DNA of 63,963 bases, the filler included. It is 7 parts of 7 records of this genome, joined end to end, with 100 filler letters (N's around TTAATTAATTAA, not from the genome) between each part and the next. Parts side by side here need not be neighbours in the genome. Positions count along the whole stretch, not along the records: positions 58,950 to 63,963 come from DRR723986_19105; 6 more parts are not named here. One strand, given 5' to 3'. Positions 60,330-63,963 of the stretch are shown piece after piece. Position 1 is the stretch's first letter, and the number at the start of each line of letters is the position of its first letter. The notes beneath the pieces are model-generated. The model had not been told where the DNA came from. It ran no database searches and saw nothing but the letters and a program-made list of their open reading frames with translations. A program made the position numbers and the translations under genes.

Positions 60330-60363
60330 ATGCTGACAGAATGCTGACAGAATGCTGTCAGCA
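60330..60363. promoter_or_regulatory. Putative WYL (YafY-type) operator with duplicated half-site
   Basis: TGCTGACAG-AATG-CTGTCAGCA (60342-60363) preceded by a second ATGCTGACAGA. Confidence 0.7.
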
Positions 60364-60415
60364 GGGGTGTGACAGACAGGGGGCATTCGATACGCTCACC
60401 TGAAAGGACAATGAG

Positions 60416-60793
60416 ATGAGTTTCTCCCCCGCACACACCACCGTCTGGATCGAACTGCCGGTCTCTGACCTCTCGGCTGCCATGGCGTTCTACAGCAAGG
60501 CCACCGGCCTGACGCTGGAACGCATGCAGATGGGCCCGAACGAAACGGCGCTGTTCAAGGCCTCGGATTTCATGTCCGGCGTCGCGGGCCACCTCTACGA
60601 GGGCAGGCCCGCTGGCGATGGCACTGGCCCGACCGTGCATCTGGCGGCGGAAGGCACGCTGGAGGAGGCCATGGAACGGGTCACGGCGGCTGGCGGCAAG
60701 GTGATCTCGCCCGCCATTGACATACCGGCGGGCCGTTTCTTCTATGCCACTGATCCCGATGGCAATTCCATCGGCCTGTTCGAGGCATCGTAA
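60416..60793 (+). CDS. VOC family (glyoxalase/bleomycin-resistance) protein
   Basis: VWIELPVSDL..A..FY, AGGKV, DPDGNSIGL; RBS AAGGA. Confidence 0.92.
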   Translation: MSFSPAHTTVWIELPVSDLSAAMAFYSKATGLTLERMQMGPNETALFKASDFMSGVAGHLYEGRPAGDGTGPTVHLAAEGTLEEAMERVTAAGGKVISPAIDIPAGRFFYATDPDGNSIGLFEAS

Positions 60794-60797
60794 CCCC

Positions 60798-61490
60798 ATG
60801 CGCCGCGCCGACCGCCTGTTCCAGATTGTGCAATACCTGCGGGGTGGGCGGTTGGTGACGGCGCAGGCTCTGGCCGAGCGGCTGGAGGTTTCGACCCGGA
60901 CGATCTACCGGGACATCGCGGACCTTCAGTCGACCGGCGTGCCCATAGATGGCGAGGCCGGGGTGGGATATGTGATGGAGGAAGGCTATGACCTGCCGCC
61001 GCTCATGTTTAACCGCGACGAAGTGACGGCGCTGGTCGCCGGGGCCCGTCTGATCCGCGCCTTTGGCGGGGCGGGCATGGCGCGCGCTGCCGAAGAGGCG
61101 CTGGTCAAGATCGGCGCGGTCCTGCCGGAATCTGAGCGCCAGCGCGCGTCCGAGGTTCAGGTCCATGCCATCGGTTGGCGCATCTCGGATGAGCTGAGGC
61201 TGCTGATCGACCAGATGGAAAGCGCCATTGACCGGTCCGTTCGGCTTGGCTTTGACTATACCGACAAGTCCGGCGCGGGGTCTCGGCGGGTGGTGCGCCC
61301 CTTGGGGATCTGGTTCTGGGGCGCCAGCTGGACGCTTGTGGGCTGGTGCGAGCTGCGAGAGGACTTTCGCGTGTTCCGGCTGGATCGCATCGTCGCGCCC
61401 GAAGAGAGGGCCGGTTTCAAGCCCGAACGCGGCAAGAGGTTGCAGGATTTCTACCGGATGATGGAAGACCGCGGCGAAACGCGGCCCTGA
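60798..61490 (+). CDS. HTH-WYL-WCX transcriptional regulator (YafY family)
   Basis: MRRADRLFQIV, VSTRTIYRDI..L, RVVRPLG, FRVFRLDRI. Confidence 0.93.
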   Translation: MRRADRLFQIVQYLRGGRLVTAQALAERLEVSTRTIYRDIADLQSTGVPIDGEAGVGYVMEEGYDLPPLMFNRDEVTALVAGARLIRAFGGAGMARAAEEALVKIGAVLPESERQRASEVQVHAIGWRISDELRLLIDQMESAIDRSVRLGFDYTDKSGAGSRRVVRPLGIWFWGASWTLVGWCELREDFRVFRLDRIVAPEERAGFKPERGKRLQDFYRMMEDRGETRP

Positions 61491-61530
61491 CCTCTTCCAC
61501 AGATGTTCCCGATATGTTCTTGTCCGGTGC

Positions 61531-63015
61531 ATGAGCACGATTCTCTGGTTCAAGCGCGATCTGCGGGTAGAGGATAACCCGGCGCTGGCGGCTGCTGCTG
61601 CCGGGGGCGGTGTCGTGCTGCCGCTTTATATCGTTGAGCCGGAGCAGTGGGCGCAGCCCGATTGCGCGGCCCGGCAGTGGCGCTTCGTGGCGGAATGCCT
61701 TGCCCGGTTGCGGGACGATCTGGCGCGACTTGGTGCGCCGCTTTTGGTGCGGGTCGGCGATGCGGTGGAGGTGTTGGAGGCTTTGCGCGAAGGCCATGGC
61801 GTGACGCGTCTGGTCAGCCATCAGGAAACCGGCAACCTGTGGACCTTTGCGCGTGACAAACGCGTGGCGGATTGGGCGCAGGGGCAGGGCGTGGACTGGC
61901 AGGACTGTCCGCAACCCGGTGTGATCCGCGGCCTTGGCCATCGGCGCGGCTGGCAGTCCCGGCGCGACAGGGCAATGAAAGGCGCTGTGGCCAACATGCC
62001 CGAGGCGTTGCCACCCCACGGGCTGGATCCCGGGGCGATTCCTGATGCGGCTGATCTGAGGTTGACCTTCGATCCTTGTCCCGGGCGGCAAAAGGGCGGT
62101 CGCGCGCGGGGGCTCGACCAGTTGACCAGCTTTCTGGACAGTCGCGCCGACGGGTATCTTCGGGGCATGTCGTCGCCCCTTACGGCGGTGGATGCGTGTT
62201 CGCGCCTGTCGCCGCATCTGGCCTATGGTGCGCTTTCCGCAAGAGAAGTCGTTCATGCCGTTGATGCCAAGCGGCAGCAGAACGGGTCGCCCCGTGCGTT
62301 GAAAGGCTTTACCTCGCGGCTGGCCTGGCGCGATCATTTCATCCAGAAACTGGAAAGCCAGCCCGAGATCGAGACGCTTTGCCTGCATCCCGCCTATCAG
62401 GCGCTACGGCCCGCTGTCCCGGATGCGGTGCGGCTGGAAGCTTGGAAAGCGGGCGAAACCGGCTTGCCCTTTGTTGATGCCTGCATGCGTCAGCTGACCC
62501 ATACCGGCTGGATCAATTTTCGGATGCGGGCGATGCTGATCTCGGTTGCCAGTTATCACTTTTGGCTGGATTGGCGGGTGACGGGGCAGCATCTGGCGCG
62601 GCTGTTTACCGATTATGAGCCGGGCATTCATTGGCCGCAGGTGCAGATGCAATCGGGCACCACGGGGATGAACACGCCGCGCATCTATAACCCGGTGAAA
62701 CAGGGGCTGGATCAAGACCCGGATGGGCGCTTTATCCGGCAATGGCTGCCCGAATTGCGCCCGGTGCCGGATGCCTATCTGCACCGCCCGTGGGATTGGG
62801 CCGGGGCGGGGCGGTTTCTTGGCCATGCCTATCCGGTGCCGGTGGTGGAGCCGATGAAAGCCGCCCGCGCCGCGCGTCAGCGAATCTGGGCCGTACGGGA
62901 TACGGACGGTTTTCGTGAAACGCGTGCCGCGCTGCTTTCACGACATGCCGCGCCGCGACCAGAGCGGCCAAGCCCTGTGCGTGCCACCCCTCGCCAGCTT
63001 TCATTTCTTATTTGA
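61531..63015 (+). CDS. Cryptochrome/photolyase family protein
   Basis: WFKRDLRVEDNPAL, SRLSPHL, TGLPFVDACM, GWINFRMR, DYEPGIHW, QMQSGTTG. Confidence 0.93.
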   Translation: MSTILWFKRDLRVEDNPALAAAAAGGGVVLPLYIVEPEQWAQPDCAARQWRFVAECLARLRDDLARLGAPLLVRVGDAVEVLEALREGHGVTRLVSHQETGNLWTFARDKRVADWAQGQGVDWQDCPQPGVIRGLGHRRGWQSRRDRAMKGAVANMPEALPPHGLDPGAIPDAADLRLTFDPCPGRQKGGRARGLDQLTSFLDSRADGYLRGMSSPLTAVDACSRLSPHLAYGALSAREVVHAVDAKRQQNGSPRALKGFTSRLAWRDHFIQKLESQPEIETLCLHPAYQALRPAVPDAVRLEAWKAGETGLPFVDACMRQLTHTGWINFRMRAMLISVASYHFWLDWRVTGQHLARLFTDYEPGIHWPQVQMQSGTTGMNTPRIYNPVKQGLDQDPDGRFIRQWLPELRPVPDAYLHRPWDWAGAGRFLGHAYPVPVVEPMKAARAARQRIWAVRDTDGFRETRAALLSRHAAPRPERPSPVRATPRQLSFLI

Positions 63016-63021
63016 AGGTGT

Positions 63022-63046
63022 TTTTGGTCAGAATGTTTTACCAAAA
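63022..63046. promoter_or_regulatory. Putative GntR/FadR (GlcC-like) operator upstream of glcB
   Basis: TTTTGGT-N11-ACCAAAA inverted repeat. Confidence 0.5.
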
Positions 63047-63134
63047 CTGTTGCCTATAGGAAACTTCCGCTCTAGATCATGTCGCGTCGGCATGCGAATG
63101 CATACGCACCGGGACGTTCAAGAGGGATATGGCC

Positions 63135-63963
63135 ATGACAACGCGCAGCGACAAACACGGGCTTCAGGTGGATGATCGCCTTGTGGCGTTCATTGAAACA
63201 CGCGCCTTGCCAGGAACCGGGGTGTCAGCCGAGGAGTTCTGGTCGGGTTTTTCCGCTGTGGTGCATGATCTGGGGCCAAAAAACCGGGCCTTGTTGGAAA
63301 AGCGCGAAGAGATTCAGGCGCAGTTGGATGCCTGGCATGTGAACCGGCGCGGTCAGGCTCATGATCCGGCGGCTTACACGGCATTTCTGCAAGAGATCGG
63401 CTATCTGGTGCCGGAGGGGCCCGATTTTGCGCTGGAAACCGGCGCAACGGACCCAGAGATCGCGCATGTCCCCGGCCCGCAACTGGTAGTCCCAATCATG
63501 AACGCGCGCTTTGCGCTGAACGCGGCAAATGCCCGGTGGGGCAGTCTTTATGATGCGCTATACGGCACCGATGCCTTGGGCGACTTGCCGGCGGGCAAGG
63601 GCTATGACCCGGCGCGCGGCGCGCGGGTGATTGCCTGGGCCAAGGAGTTCCTCGATGGGGCGGTTCCGGTAGAGGGCGGCTGGTCCTCGGTCTCGGATAT
63701 GGCGGTACTGGCGGGGCATCCGCAATTCGTGGGAACCTCTGCCGCCGGTGCGGAATATGTGTTCAAGAACAACGGCCTGCACATCCGTGTTAAAGTGGAC
63801 CCGAGCAGCCCAATCGGGGCATCGGACCCGGCGGGCATTGCCGATGTGATCCTTGAATCGGCGCTGTCCACGATCATGGATTGCGAAGATTCCGTGGCCG
63901 CCGTCGATGCAGAAGACAAGGTGCTGGCCTATTCCAACTGGCTTGGCCTGATGAAGGGCGACC
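63135..63963 (+). CDS. glcB: Malate synthase G (3' truncated; missing from ORF track)
   Basis: Manual translation MTTRSDKHGLQVD...PGTGV; GPQLVVP, ALNAANARWGSLYDALYGTD, IMDCEDSVAAVD. Confidence 0.95.
   Translation, partial: MTTRSDKHGLQVDDRLVAFIETRALPGTGVSAEEFWSGFSAVVHDLGPKNRALLEKREEIQAQLDAWHVNRRGQAHDPAAYTAFLQEIGYLVPEGPDFALETGATDPEIAHVPGPQLVVPIMNARFALNAANARWGSLYDALYGTDALGDLPAGKGYDPARGARVIAWAKEFLDGAVPVEGGWSSVSDMAVLAGHPQFVGTSAAGAEYVFKNNGLHIRVKVDPSSPIGASDPAGIADVILESALSTIMDCEDSVAAVDAEDKVLAYSNWLGLMKGD

Noticed and set aside
1..63963. CRISPR arrays, tRNA, rRNA, integrase or transposase genes
   Set aside because: None seen by eye; tRNAscan-SE and CRISPR finders were not run.

Overview
The window is a concatenation of seven unrelated contigs joined by artificial 100-nt spacers (N44-TTAATTAATTAA-N44); taxonomy below is inferred from gene content and composition. 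(1) 1-18693, Bacteroidota (Algoriphagus/Cyclobacteriaceae-like): glyoxalase+esterase, sbcCD, rlpA, adaptor plus two RND permeases, an AAA_14/DUF4143-type ATPase whose start codon lies in a 49-bp palindrome, GH5. (2) 18794-29634, Roseobacter-group: meaB, rpmB, a RAPP-motif DUF2946 (CruR/CutF-like) leader before PCu(A)C, cobB, LMW-PTP, LysR/hpsN-like pair, Hint protein, a frameshifted gene, lepA. (3) 29735-37555, T9SS-bearing FCB-group organism: Ig-repeat T9SS cargo, mutL end. (4) 37656-43733, Rhodobacteraceae dcw cluster. (5) 43834-52914, Marinobacter-like: rnd-ycgL-ycgN, VWA/MoxR/CoxE, a candidate sRNA, TPR cluster. (6) 53015-58849, Rhodobacteraceae valine-catabolism genes with an in-frame hydrolase-mmsB fusion, next to the right end of a probable Mu-like prophage (com-mom, pentapeptide cargo gene, triplicated terminus). 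(7) 58950-63963, Rhodobacteraceae pepN, VOC-WYL-photolyase module, glcB. The best leads are the Mu-like end with com-mom, the enzyme fusion, the RAPP leader, the ATPase palindrome, the sRNA and the WYL module. None could be checked computationally here.
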